Positions 1 through 13,983 of a DNA stretch of 64,000 bases are shown in pieces. Both the position numbers and the translations under genes were made by a program. Every line of letters begins with the position of its first letter. Position 1 is the first letter of the stretch. Where the stretch lies: positions 58,032,001 to 58,096,000 of the forward strand of contig CM060731.1 of the NCBI GenBank assembly GCA_030704615.1, given 5' to 3'. The notes under the pieces are model-generated. The model was given only the letters and a program-made list of their open reading frames with translations. It was not told the DNA's origin and did not search any database. The DNA comes from Takakia lepidozioides. Its lineage: Eukaryota > Plantae > Bryophyta.

Positions 1-601
1 TCAGAGAAGTGAACTGCATCTGTTTACTTGGACCTTCGGATGGGGTCAGGCTGACGTACGATTATATCCGTGCACCTTAGTTCCAAGGGGAAAACCCGGC
101 TAACTTAGAAGCTATTCTATGTATTGGCGATGGAGCTGGGGCTCCTCGGACTGTGGGTTACATTGAATAAAGCTACTGATCAGGATCATGCACTTCAATA
201 GAGTGAAGTTCCATGGCCCGTAACCAAGCGCAAGTTTGAGCACCAGATTGTACCATTTCATGGTTGTGGTCTGATTCCACTGATTACAGTCTCATCACGT
301 AGCCGATGGATAGGGCCTGGACTGTTTTCAGTTTCTGAAACGTGATGAATGGACGTTTTCCCAGCTTATATACATCTTGTGTGACACCTGCTGATTGGAG
401 TGTTAACGCTGTTGATATCTTCTTGATTGATTGAAGTGTAAATCTATCAGATCGTTAGGCAGGTTGGAGGCAAACTCTAATGGTGATAAGATTGTACTCA
501 TAAGACGTTGACTAATGGTGATAAGAAAAGAAAGGAAAAGAGAATGCCCTCTTTGCAGCTGCGCATTGAATTGGTGTGAGTGGGGGACCTTGGCCATGTA
601 G

Positions 602-3600
602 GCAGGGAACTGCATCCACTTTACGGCGAAGTGTTTTGCAGGCTTTGTGGTCAGGTTTTCGACAGTGTGGCAGCTCTCCCTCATCACAATTTCTGTGGTC
701 CCAGCCATCATTGTGGCTGGGTTTGCTTATGCTTGTACCACGAGTGGCCATGCAACAAAGAGCCAGAAGGTCTACGAAGAGGCCAACAAAGTCGCCGAAG
801 AGGTATTGGAGCCCCTGGACCTCTTGTGACATTGGAGGGTTTTTCTCCACTTCCCTTCCTGTATCTGCATAGCCCAGTGATTCGATCCTGTTGGGCAGGT
901 TATGCTCCATGGGATTAATATGCTCTTCCCATACTTCTCTTTCGTTATCCCCTGGGCTCCTGCTGATCCGTAAATCATAATCCCACCATAATGTAGAAAG
1001 ACCTCTGAATCGGAGTACATTAGAAGCTTAGATTGATGGTAAATTGGCCTAAAGTTACACTTAAGCAGTCGACTCGTCTTGTAGACGAGGCATATAGCAA
1101 AAAAGGAGAGGTCTGTTACTTCATACTAAAGGCGCATATAGTTACTCCAACGAGACTCAAGAAACATGACCTCATAACTCTATGTAACAGATGCAAGGCT
1201 TAATTTACAGGACCACATCTGTGCTACTTAGCTGCCCATGCCATGAAAGCAGTTGCAGACTATGGATTCTTGCTTTCATTCTTTCCCTTTGTAAAGAGAA
1301 ATGGATATACAATGGCTCCCACCACTTATGCCTACCAATGTAGCATGTTGTATGAGTTTCCATACATAAAATGTCCATCTTTTGTTTGGATTAACATGAA
1401 CCCGTAGGTACTCACTCAAGTGCGAACAGTATATGCATTTGTTGGTGAAGGGAGAGCAGTACGGGCATATGCAAAGGCACTGCAGACTACATTGAAGCTT
1501 GGAAAGCAGGGGGGCCTGGCCAAAGGACTAGGCCTGGGGCTCACATATGGGCTATGTTTGGCAGCCTGGGCATTGCTACTATGGTACACAGGCATCTTAG
1601 TTCACCACGGTGCCACCAACGGAGGGAAAGCCTTTGCCGCCATTCTCAACGTTATTGTTGCTGGCATGTATGTAACATGGTGGATTATCTCTTTTTCGTC
1701 CACATATGGGCTGTTTGTTGGGGCCCAGGTGTTCTGTTCCTTTTGCTGTCCGTCCCAAAGGCTCTCTGAAAAAGTTTCTTTCTTTCTTTTTTCTTTTGTC
1801 CCATAAGCTCTTCATTGACGCTGTACAGTTCCGGACGTTTTAAAGTACCATTTCATTTCATTTCATTCATTTATTTCCTTTTCTATCTCATTCTGTTGCC
1901 GCATTTCATGATTTTGAGCAGTTTTCTTGTCCTGGAGCGTGAATGGTCACTGAGAGCACCTCTTCTTTCTGTCTCTGGAATGGAAATGTCTTACAAATAG
2001 GCCCAGAGACCATCTCAATCTTCTGGAATCATCACTTAGGTTGGTGACCGAATTGAAGAGTTGCAGCCGGTTTTTTGGTCCCCAGGAAGGAGTACTGTTT
2101 AAAGAATCAAGTATCATGTTGTACCACTGAGAATCAAACTTGATCTCAACTGCAGTTGTAAGAGGATGCTGAGGGTCTAAGAGAACTCGTTGTTTGCAGA
2201 GCCCTGGGTCAGACGTCCCCAAATCTGATGGCCTTTTCAAGGGGAAGATCAGCAGCTTACAACATTATACAGATGATCAATCAGAAAACCTTAGCAGGCC
2301 AAACCAATATGGCTGGCAAACAACTTCCACAGGTATGGTCACATTGTGAGCTCAAATCTTGTGTGTGTTTTGAGAATACACCAACTGTCAAAGTGCATTG
2401 TCTCATTTAGGCTCCCTGTGACTACAACCTTTTACAAATAACCACAACTGCAGGTGGAGGGCAACATTGAGCTGTGCAATATCTCCTTTAGCTACCCATC
2501 CAATCCGAATGTACCTGTGTTTGAAAACTTCAGTCTCTCCATCGAAGCTGCAAAATCTTTGGCTATTGTGGGTAGTAGTGGTTGCGGGAAAAGCACAGTT
2601 GCTTCCTTAATTCATCGCTTCTACAACCCCACTTCTGGTATGACTTCAACATGGCACTTTTGATTAGGTGCAGTTTTCCTCCTGTGACTGGGAGACATTT
2701 GCCCTCTGTCTTCTTCTGTCTCTTAGAGATTCCGAGTCTTTGGTTGATGCCTTCAGCTTAGAGGACAAGAATTGCCTGGCAGTCGATGTGCACATGGTCT
2801 TCAGTCAACATTTGGTGGCTTCTGATGTCGTTCTTGGTTTTCCATGTCTCATGGGCCCTCGGGGCCCTTCATTGATGTCATAAAGATTCACACATAATTG
2901 ATTGATTTGTCATATTTGTACTACCCTTTTGCTGCATTGGTCAATGTGGGCTGGGCTGGAAAGAAATATCTATGCTCTTCAGGAAATTAAATATCCTTAA
3001 TTGGGGGACGTGTTTTGGCACAAAAGAATACGATTGAAACAAAATTCACTGAAGGTGATTTGCATGCTTCCTGGCTATAAAGGGGAGGTGTTGCTGGATG
3101 GGACCAACATAAAGACCTTGGATTTGAGGTGGCTTCGCAATCAGATTGGGCTGGTCAACCATGAGCCAGCCCTGTTTGCGACCAGTATCCGGGAGAACAT
3201 CCTCTATGGAAAGAATGATGTGAGCATGGAAGAAATTGTGGCTGCTGCCAAGGCATCTTGTTCTCACCACTTTATTAGCCAGCTGCCTGAAGGCTATGAC
3301 ACTCAGGTGACGGCTTCTTCTCTTACTCCTCCTGCCATACACTTTGTCCAGAACCTCTCCACCTGACTGACAGCCCATGGGACTTTCAAGAGTCAGCTCA
3401 CTCTATATCAACACTGAGACGTGCAGATGGATTAAGGCATTCTGTCAGGGGAGGATTTTCCCAGCTCACATCATGCAAAAACTGAGCACAGAAACGTCTG
3501 GACATGCTGGGCACCTCTATTGAAAGAATTGCCAGCATCTTCTTCTCCTGCACTTTTAATTGTCATCCGCAGGGTTGGAATTTTTCAACTCCCTGCTGGG

Positions 3601-6600
3601 GTACAACAGAGAAGCAGGAGGCCACAATGCTCCATCATCTTTCCAGCATTCCACCAAGCACACGGCCTGGTTAAGTACTGCTTCTGGAGCATAGAGATGG
3701 CCTCCATAGGCCCTACAAATCCACTGTTGCATGATGCCAAGTCAAACCAAGACAACATAGAAGCCCAAAAGGAAAGTTTGTCCCCTACAGGATGGTGCGA
3801 TAGACCATCTATTGGTTTGTTTTCCTAGTCTGGCTAGGGGCCAGATCATCTGTTTGATGTCCCTATATGGATCACAAAGCTTGCAAAAGAAAGGAGTGAG
3901 GTAGCCACGTGAGCTGTTGCGGTTGAACAAGGCATTGTCTGCCACAGGTTGAGGCCCTTGAGAAGGGCTTTCAGGAACTTCAGGAGAAGGAGCCCCTAGA
4001 GAGGCCCCTGACAAAGGATCATGGTGCCCTTGTGCTTCGAGGTGGCCAACTATTGGCATCAGGCTTCCAATTGAGGTGTCACAAAGGACTGAGGAGTTTA
4101 TCAGGTGCTACAAGCAAGAGAATGTAGATGGGCCTTGCAGATCATCAGGCAGTGAACGGATCCTGAGAGCCTATCCACCCCTAGGAATCCATGAAACCAA
4201 TGGCCAGACGTGGTCTCATTTTCCACATGGCACTTTGGGCTGATGGAACTGGAATGGGTTCCTCTCTATTTCTTTCTCTTGGAGTCGGAAGCAATGATGG
4301 TAGTGACCCTCATTCCACTCTCCTCTTTTTACTCCACCTCTACCACAAGTAAAGTCTATGGAGGACCTCTTTCTTGCATTCCTTTCCCCTCCATGCCAGT
4401 CATGAGATTCACAGCACAAGCCCTGTGATTTTGTTAACGTGGCCTGAACTCCACTGGTGGCTAAAACTCTAACCTTGAATAGTGGAATGCCCAGTAAACC
4501 CGTTTCACAGTGAAGTGCTAGTGTACAACTTAGATGTGTTTTTGCAGTTGGAGAGCTCCAACATATAGCCAGATCAACTGTGAGTGTCCAAGAACCGCAT
4601 CTCCCCTCAGCTGACCCAAGTCCCTCTCCACACATTTCTCAAACTGTTCATGTACTTTCTGGCCACACAGGTTGGGGAGAGAGGGGTCCAGCTTTCAGGA
4701 GGAGAGAGGCAGCAAGTGGCCATAGCTAGAGCAATACTGAAGAACCCCAAAATCCTCATCCTAGATGGCGCTACAAGCACCCTAGATACACGGTCAGCGC
4801 AGGTCGTGCAAGAGGCTCTTGACCTTTTGATGGTGGGTCGAACAACAGTCATTATTGCACACCACCTGTCCACTATTCAGCATGCCGACTTGATAGCCGT
4901 TATGCAGCATGGCAAAGTCTTAGAAACTGGGACCCATGAGGAACTACTGGCAAAGACTGAGGATGGCACCTACGCTGCCCTCTTTAGGTTCCAGGAGGCA
5001 GGACCCTGTGGCAGGGCAGATGCCAATACTAGTGGCATACATGCCAGGTAATTATTTTGGATGCCTCCAAGACTTAAAGGTTTTTGAAGTTGTTATGGAT
5101 TGGGGACAGAGCACAAGAGAGAGCAAAAGATACTTGTTTATATCAATGGTTTCAGGGACATTTCTCATTTTCTGATTGATGGCTAGACAGTTGCAGAAGA
5201 TAATGGTATACATATGTCTTGCCGATCTAGAGATCCTAGTGCTGCTTTAAGGCTTTCTCACATTATAATCATGCTCAAGCGAGTTTTTTCTAATGTATAT
5301 TTTGAGGGGTGTAACTTTGAGTAACTGTCCCCAAGTCCAGAGTAGTAATTAGTAGCTTTGTATGAGCAATGAGCAATCTCTTGATCATGGCTGGCACTTC
5401 CGAGGCTGCCCACTTAGGTTCAGCTTTACAGGAGTGGAGGGAGTCAATGAGAGGGAAAACCTTGGCATCATATCCACAAGCTGCTCCAAGCCCTCTCTCA
5501 GGAGGGTACTGATGTTGAATGCCCCTGAGTGGCACTATGGTTTGCTGGGCGGCATTGGTGCGATTGTGGTGGGATGTCAGTTCCCATTGATGGCACTTAT
5601 AATTGGTCAGGTGAGAAAAGACCTTGCACTTCAAACTCATACTGTGGGACTAACTTCATAAAACGAAACTGCTATGGCCTGGGACTCAATCCACTAGGTC
5701 TGCAGTATTGTTAGTATATTACAACTTCAAATTATACCTCTCTGCTCACCAGTCAATATCACATGTGTATTAGAGAGAACAAAATCTAAAATCAGTTTGT
5801 ATGTATGTCGGTTTGATTGTAAGTGTGTCTACACCTGTCACTTCAAACTGACATTTTTGCCAAAGGTTGTGACATCTGTGATGGCAAAGATGTTATTCTT
5901 TCACCTTTCATCTCTAATCCTCCTAAAGTATGCATAACTTGGCAGGTTACTCTTCTGATCTGACACATCCGTATTCATAAGGCCAACCTCGGGTAGTGAG
6001 AGATGGTGTCTTATAACCCAACTGCCCATTCAAGTAAAATGATTTTCTAATGATCTGACTTGTGTTATTGCAAGCAGTTCCTGGTGACTTTTTACAATCC
6101 CGATAAGGACTTCGTTGAGAGAGAAGTACACAAGTATACTTTGATTATCAGTGGTGTCTCAGCTATAGTTGTTATGGGGCATCTCATCCAGCACTACTTT
6201 TTGGCAGCGATGGGAGAGAACCTCACCAAGCGTGTGCGTGAAATGCTGTTTTCAAGTACTCAGTCCTTAACATCTTTCTCCAGACATGCATCCCAGCTAC
6301 TGTAGGGGTTCTGGCCATGTGAGGGTGGCCTTGCATCAAATTTGTACTTCTGCTCATTGAGCATTTCCACACACTGAACAAAAAGCTGATTATGCACCAC
6401 CCAATCGGGCGCTCATAGTTGAGTTCACCTTTCTGTTTCAATTTCTCAATGGTTGCTTGGGTTTGTACTGAACAGGCATTGAGATCATCATATAGGCTCC
6501 AGAATTTGCTAGACCTTTATTCTTCATTCAGAAGAGAGCTAAGATCAGGAGGATTGCTGGTTTGAACTGAATCTTCAGTACAAATGCAAATCTGTCAATA

Positions 6601-9174
6601 GTTTATTACTGTCCCCCAAACTGTTAAAAGCTTTCATCTGCCCCATTTGACTGGTGAAATGTAAACATGGGCAGGAATACTGCAAAATGAGGTAGGCTAT
6701 TTTGACCATGATGAGAGTAATAGCAGCGTGCTGGGGTCATGTCTATCAACGGATGCTGCATCCATCAGGGCAGCTGTTGGGGATCGATTGAGCACAGTGG
6801 TGCAGAATTTGTCACTAGTATTCACTGCATTGGTCATTGTGTTTGTACTGGAGTGGCGTGTTGCATTTGTGGTGGTGGCCACTTTTCCGTTCCTCATTGT
6901 CGCGTTAGTTGGTGAAGTAAGTTTTCAACTTAAGGTGAATTTCATTGTTGGTTTCTGCTCATTGCTTTTTTGCAAAATTGCTAGACTTGGCACCTATGTT
7001 CATGAGCACTATTACCTCCCTTTCCACATGAAAGACCAATCTATCAACACATTTGTGTGCATCACTTTAAGTCTTTCCATACGCTGTTACCAGTCAACTG
7101 AATGTTGAAATGTGCAAAGTACTGTGTCATTCACACTCCCTCTATTTGGCATCTTGGTCATCTCTTACTCTTGGAAGTTAAATTGGACCTGGATATGCCT
7201 CGAAACATGCGTACAGCCAGGGCTTTGAGTGTGGTCTAGGCCATCACTGTCATAACGAAATCTTTGCAAATGATTGCTGCTTACAGTACAATTGCAGTGT
7301 AAGTCGCTCAAAAGGTGAAAGTGAAAGAAATTGTTCAGGTTCATGATGTGGGAACTTCAAGTGGGACAGTGGGTTGCTTCGTGTTGCATTTCAGAACGTA
7401 TTTATACGAGGATTTGGAGGCAGCTTGCCAAAGGCATATGCCAAGGCAAGTATGGTGGTGGTACAGGCTGTCAGCAGTATCCGCACTGTAGCAGCATTCT
7501 GTGCTGAGGAAAAGGTACTGTGATGATGATTGAAAGGGAATTCTTGGGTCTATTGGTTGTAAGGGCTTTCAGATGCCCAAATCAGTTTGTGTTTGATTCT
7601 ATCAGATACAAGATAATACTCATAAGACGTTGTGTATCAGATACAAGGTAGACAGAGGGTAGAAGAAACCTAGAAATGTATTGTGTGCCTTCACAGTTGC
7701 CAAGAGATAGACTTACAGATAGAGAAAGAAAGGCAAGGCTCAATTTTTGCCATTTTGTTGGGTGTCAGGTGCTTAACTCGTTCATTCATGAGCTGAGGGT
7801 GCCTCAGAAAAAGATCTTTCGGCATGGGCAAGTTGCAGGCCTTTGTTATGGAATTTCCCAGTTCTACATGTACAGCACATATGCATTGGTGCTCTGGTAT
7901 TCCTCCAGTTTGCTCAGGAAGGGGGAGGCAAATTTCGGAAGTGCAATCAAAATGCCCATGGTCTTACTTTTTGCAGCCTTTGGTATAGCGGAAACCATCG
8001 CCATGGCTCCTGACATTTTCAATGGTAATCAAGCCTTGGCTGTGATCTTTCATATGATGGATCGGCAGACACAGATCGACCCAGATGATCTGCAAGCTGA
8101 AAAGGTCTGTCTCAGGTTGCACCATGCTAGGCTCCTCTCCTTAAATGACAACACAACCATGCCGAAAGAAATAGAGGCTCACAAGGATTTTAGTTGCTGG
8201 TTCACAGGGTATATCCATGTAAGTAGATATAGAAGAAATCCCCTCCCCTCGTTATTATGTATATTTGACGAATCCAACATTTGTGCTTCTGCTGATGGTT
8301 ACGCAGGAACAGAGGACAGGGAGAGTGCACAGAGAGAGAGAGAGGAACTTTGTACAATGTAAAGGAAGCCTGCATCAGGGATCTGCTGTTTAATATGTTC
8401 TTGTAATTGGCAACTGTGCAGGTGAAGGAGGTAAAGGGGGATATAGAACTACGACATGTTATGTTCAGCTATCCCACTAAGCCTGATGTACCAATATTCA
8501 AGGACACTAATATGCGAGTAGGTGCTGGAAACAGGCTAGTGTTGGTGGGAGCCAGCGGGTCAGGAAAAAGCTCCATCCTTGCTTTGATACAGAGATTCTA
8601 TGATCCCATCATGGGCCAGGTTACAATTGATGGAAAAGACATACGGAAGCTGAACCTTAGATCGCTGCGCAGGCACATTGGCATTGTGCAACAAAACCCT
8701 GCACTGTTTGGCACCAGCATTTATGAGAACATTTGGTATGGGAAAGAGTGTGCTCTAGAAAGCGAGATTGTAGAGGCTGCTAAGACTGCCTATGCCCACA
8801 GCTTCATTAGCGGGCTGCCTGATGGGTACAGGACAGCAGTGGGAGAGGGAGGGATTGAACTGTCAGGAGGCCAGAAACAGCGTGTGGCAATTGCCTGTGC
8901 AGTCCTAAAAAGTCCTGTAATTCTACTGCTGCACGAAGAGACTAGTGCCCTGGATGTGCACTCGGAGAAGCTCGTCTACAAGGCTCTTGATCTTGTGATG
9001 GCCGGGCGCACTACTGTCCTGATTGCACACCACTTTTCTACTATTAAGAAGAGAGACATCATTGCTGTTCTTAAAGATGGCACAGTTATAGAACAGGGTA
9101 GCCACCAAGACCTGATTACCTCCCCCTTCAGTGCATATGCACAGCTCATCAAGTTGCAAACAACACCACCGTGA
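602..9174 (+). CDS. ABCB: Full-size ABCB (MDR/P-glycoprotein) ABC transporter, 5'-partial. Exons approx. 602-802, 1408-1667, 2200-2332, 2454-2637, 3083-3306, 4671-5047, ~5367-5610, 6078-6255, 6675-6916, 7395-7514, 7769-8104, 8422-9174
   Basis: GT-AG bounded exons give TMD1 ([10 protein letters not shown]), NBD1 ([16 protein letters not shown]), TMD2 ([12 protein letters not shown]) and NBD2 ([17 protein letters not shown]); stop at 9172-9174. The acceptor of the linker exon near 5.35 kb is uncertain. Confidence 0.93.
1706..1875 (+). mobile_element. Short LINE 3'-end/SINE-like insertion in an ABCB intron
   Basis: Shares gggctgtttgtt...cccataagctct...cggacgtt(t)taaagt plus a (CATTT)n tail with the LINE 3' end at 33930-34030. 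Confidence 0.55.
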
Positions 9175-9969
9175 GATCATGAGGTCAGGGTCTTGAGATA
9201 GATAAGCAAACCCCTTCTGATTTGTAAGATACTTCATGCCAGATAGTTCTTTCTATCATCTGGAATCTAAGTCTGGAAACAGAGTCACATAGTCTTCAAT
9301 CTAACAACATCCCACATCCACCCATCCATCACTGCAAAAGTATCAAAGCTCTACCATTGATATGATGAGCTCGGCAGCCAGTACTGTTGGAGAAGTGATG
9401 TAACACATTGAGCTAAGAGTATTCTCCTGTGGGTTGCACAGTTAGTAGCTAATCAAGCCTTCTAAGCCCATCAAAGGCCACGGCCACTTTGCATCCTATT
9501 CAACATCACACTTGGGAGGCTTCTCCCAAGTGCCCAGCCATATACAGGGAGGATTGTTTATGGCTGGTGAATGCATCTGAGTCCACTAGATATACACATG
9601 GTAACTTCTACATGAAGTGCAACAATAAACACATCATTGATAATTAGTAATCCCACAAAGGGACAGTAGACTTCACTTCCTCCAATGCTGTATCCTGTGC
9701 CACTGGGACAATGTTATGTACAGTACCTGTACTGCTTCACCAAAACTACCAAGACGGTTGTAGATATGCTACATCTTCCCCAAAAACCCCCAAAAAGGGG
9801 AGAATAAACCCCCCGCTGAGGAGGACAACAGAATTGAAAAAAGATCTGAACCAGTACCCCTGGCAACTACTCTTTACATACAACGTGGACTCCTACTTAG
9901 AATTACAGACTTGGAAGTGATGTAAGCCGTACACACCTAACTCCCAACAAATGGCAGAAAAAGAATCTC

Positions 9970-12900
9970 TCATCTTTGGTGTTGCCGGTTTGTCATAAAT
10001 ATAAGACGAGAGATGCCCTCTGTCCAAAGCCTGTGATCTGATACATTCTTGCATTCAAACTCCATATCTCCAGTGCTAGTTTTGAGAGAAAAATATCGCC
10101 GCTTTTCACTGTCTTCCAGCAAGTTCCTACCTGGCCATGCCGGAATGTCCGGGTAAACTTGTAGCACCAAACCTGCCAAAGTTCACACTTGAGTAAGATA
10201 TATAGCCAAGTTCATCTACTGCCATCCGTTAGTTATTGCAGATCGGTGCCCATCCAACCCTCTGATCCCTGGGTTGATTTAGGGTTGGTACTCTGCATGA
10301 GAGTATGACCTTAAAGGGTAGGTATTAGTCAGTATTCAGTCAATAAGTAAAACTCTGACACAGCCAACCAAAAACACCTTCAGCTACCCTGGCGGTACCC
10401 CCTCTCTCTTCTCCCCACTCCCTAATTTTTGGTACACTCAAATTGGGTATGTCGTCCACAAGGCTACTTTGCAGGTGTATCCATCCCCCTCTCTACCCTC
10501 CCATCATGTTCCTTGGGCCACATTGAAAAATCATAACTAAGTTCCTAGCATATGTACAAGCAAACAAGAATACAAGTCATGAAGAAATTTGTTGGTCAAA
10601 TAACGCACTCTTCTTGTTCTTTTTCAATGTTCCTCCCAAGTGTTTGCTTTGCAGCTTCACCATCACCTGTCAAAACACATCCAAAAAATCTAGAGAGTTT
10701 GATAACACTGCCACACCCTGAAAACAGGTATCTTGAATGACATAGAGTAAACACAACTTCGGATGAATAGGTAGAGAGAGGTGCAGGGCTCAAATTTCAA
10801 AGACGCATGAAACTTAACCCTTTTGTCACAAGAAAGCTTCGTTAAGGAACATTGCAGAAAATCCAGACCTTGAATCACAAGCGACGCTGCTCAACGGCAA
10901 CCCATCCTATTGACAACCTTAGGAGAGGTGATCAACTGACCTGGCCAAACTTGTTCAGGTAAACAAATACGACTCTCCAGTGCAATTCTCCTGGAACCAA
11001 ACAAAAAGGTAGAAGTCAGATTCCTTGCCACTCCACCCTTTCAGCTCAACAGTTTACAACTCTACTGTAAGTACTCCATTACCCACAAGCCTTGTTAGGA
11101 TGCTTGGAAACAAATCCAACCAGAAAGTGAGCATATACAGCAGAGCTACAATTACGGAGACCATTCCTGTGGTTGCTACATCAACCCTGCCACTGAGATT
11201 CACTGTGAGTTGATCAACAGGATAAGCATCCATAATAAGAATTCCCAACCCACTACTGGTGTACTCTCTTCAGACTTGCACTAAAAAATTACTACCTGCA
11301 GGTTTCTAATCTTCAAATCATGAGGTAGTCCAACCTTTGATTGAGAGTTTTGTGAGGAAGTTGGCACCCCGAGAAAGGCAACTGTGCTCTGCCTCATTGT
11401 CTTCTGACATTAACTCACCACTGGAGCTAATCGAGTGATAACTACACCCCCGCTCATAGGGAGTCACTGCGGCTAGACTTCGTGCCTCCTTTATTGTCCT
11501 TACCTTCAGTGTTGCTGCACCCCTTAAGGCTGCCCAAGAAAGAAACACGGTCAATGAAGTCTGGTCAACCAGGAACTGCAGTCTGGTCCTTTGAGAGTGA
11601 GCACAGAGTACAACCACAGCTCAATGCGAGACACAGCAGTCATGGAAGAATCACAAATTCAGATATGGAACCATTTCTTATATAGCTGTGACTAGCTGCT
11701 GAGACTTTCAATGAAATAAGCAGCATAATGTCTTAAAAGAAAATACGGGCAGTCCAATTCCAAAACAACATAGATGTCAGAACACAATGTAGTAACCTAG
11801 TACATAGAAAATAAACAACCAATGGCCACCCACACTCTAAGGAGCTACAAATCTTACAGGGCTAGCAGACAATGAAGCAAAGGAAATCCCTGAAAACAGA
11901 GAACCCACCAGTGGCAGCTGCAGCTGTAAGCGTCATGATGTCCCCAGCTGTCCGCACATTGACAGCAGAGCTGACAATGGCTGCCATGTGATCCTTATCT
12001 GCACCCATACTCTCTGCTACTTCAACACACTGAGCGGCTACCAAAGCAGCTGCTGAGGCCACTGCTATTGAGGTCTTGGTTGAGGTCTCCTCTTGTGAGG
12101 AAGCTGCAGTTGCAGCAGTGACTGCAGCAATTGCTGCTGCTACGCCAGCAACCGTGGCGGCAGCATGCACTTGTGCATTCTGAGAGCGGCTAGCCTCCTT
12201 CCTCTTTCCTTTCAGATCTTTGATCCAGCGCCCCATTGATCTCCCTCTCAAAGGTGGCCGGATTAGACTGAAACTCCTCCGGAACTGTAATGACAAACAC
12301 AATAAATTGATTTGCCCTTCATGTGATACCATCTACCACTTCTCAAGTAAGCCACTGATACTGAAAATCCCAAGGTTGGGCATAAGTAATATACCAAGAA
12401 AAGAATTAGGGACAGAAAATAAGAGAACGAGAGAGAGAGAGAGCACACTTGGGAAAAAGTATAGCAGGGACTGGCAAGGCAAACCTGGGTGTCTCTCATT
12501 GGAACAGCACTCCACCAGGTCGAACAAAAGATCTGCAAACAGGACACCAAAATAGAAGGGTCAACAATCAGTGGGCCCTGCCTGCTGCACATCTCTAGAC
12601 CCTGCTGTTTTCAACTCAGATACAGAACCAACCACACCAAAGAGATAGAGGGAGGTTTGACAAAGGTTCTGATCAGCACAGTTACCACTGTCACAGAAAC
12701 ATAGTTAAGACCAGTGGTTGCTACATGGCAGCCAGGCAAACTGTTGCTGCTAAGTGCATGTCAATTCAACTAACCCCAGACTAACCGATGTAACTAATCA
12801 TCATTTCTTGGTAATAGCGTAGGCACACCCATGTGTCAGATACACACTTTCACCTTCTGACATGGTTGTCAGAGTTCACCTACTAATTAGTAGCAGAAAG

Positions 12901-13983
12901 ACAGCCATAAACTAGACACAAGGCTGCCATTAACACTGACAAACACCTAGAAAGACAGGTACCTTGTAATCATCATCCATTTGGTGGGGGGACAGAGGAG
13001 GGCTCATTGACACCAATGGACCACTGCTGTGTGAGTTCCTTCTTGATATAAGGGGCGATGGCTCCTGTGCAGTCCATAGCCACAAGAGCAATAAGTAGAT
13101 TCCCCTTAAGTTTCCCTTGTTCATGTTGCACACCCCTTGCTTCCACATGGTTGCAAACGGGTGCACTAACAGCACAATACAAAAGCTATGAATGAAGAGA
13201 GTGTGCAAGTGGCTCAACTTGCTAGAGTATGAATTTTGAAGGGCATTTGCTGCCTTCGAAACAACTCTCTACCAAGTGCAATCTATAACGGCCCCAACAT
13301 ATGCCAAGAGGGAGATAACTTAAGAGCACTTCTTTTACAACACAACCTAGACTCGCAATGTCTCCATCACAAAAGTCACTGCCTCACAACACTCACAATC
13401 GAGTATGAGGACAATGAAAAACTGAAATCCAGAAAATGAAACTGGTCAAAGCATAAAAAATAAACCATAATGAGGTAAAAACATAAGAATGAAGCAAAGA
13501 ATGCAGAAGGACACTCACAGCTCCTGGAGCCATAATTCGATCCAGTACAAACTGGGAGGTCAATGATGAGGCAAATGCAAAAGGGGCTGTTTCAAGAGTG
13601 GGCTCTTCCAAAGATGCCCGATGCACAGGCCCCGCCTCAATGGCCTTCAAATGGCTATCCCCTGCAGGCTGGGAAATGGGAGCCAAAGCTCGAGCCACAT
13701 CTACAGAAGAGATACTCCATGACCGAGACAAGAACTCCATGGGCTCAAGGGGAGTTTCTGGAGCTGGAAAGGCCACCACCGGTGGCATCAACATTGGATA
13801 ATCCTCTTCTATGTTCTCCAAGCATGGCTGGGAAAAGCTGTCCCTTGCTCCTATATTGGGTTCTAATAAAAGGTAGAAGTCTCTCTCATGCTTCACCTTC
13901 GCACTGCCCACGCCTGCACATGCTCTGGTGGGTGTTCCATTCATGCTTCCCATGGTTTTCAAGTCCTGGTTTGGAGCCTGCAT
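9970..13983 (-). CDS. FORKED1/VAN3-binding protein family (DUF828 auxin-canalisation domain + plant PH domain). Exons 13983-13519, 13064-12963, 12284-11909, 11529-11335, 10990-10941, 10666-10609, 10172-9970
   Basis: Family motifs [89 protein letters not shown]; exon phases are compatible across GT-AG introns. Confidence 0.93.

Noticed and set aside
485-511. Motif tactcataagacgttg shared with 7616-7632 in another ABCB intron
   Set aside because: Too short to interpret; probably a remnant of a small dispersed repeat.
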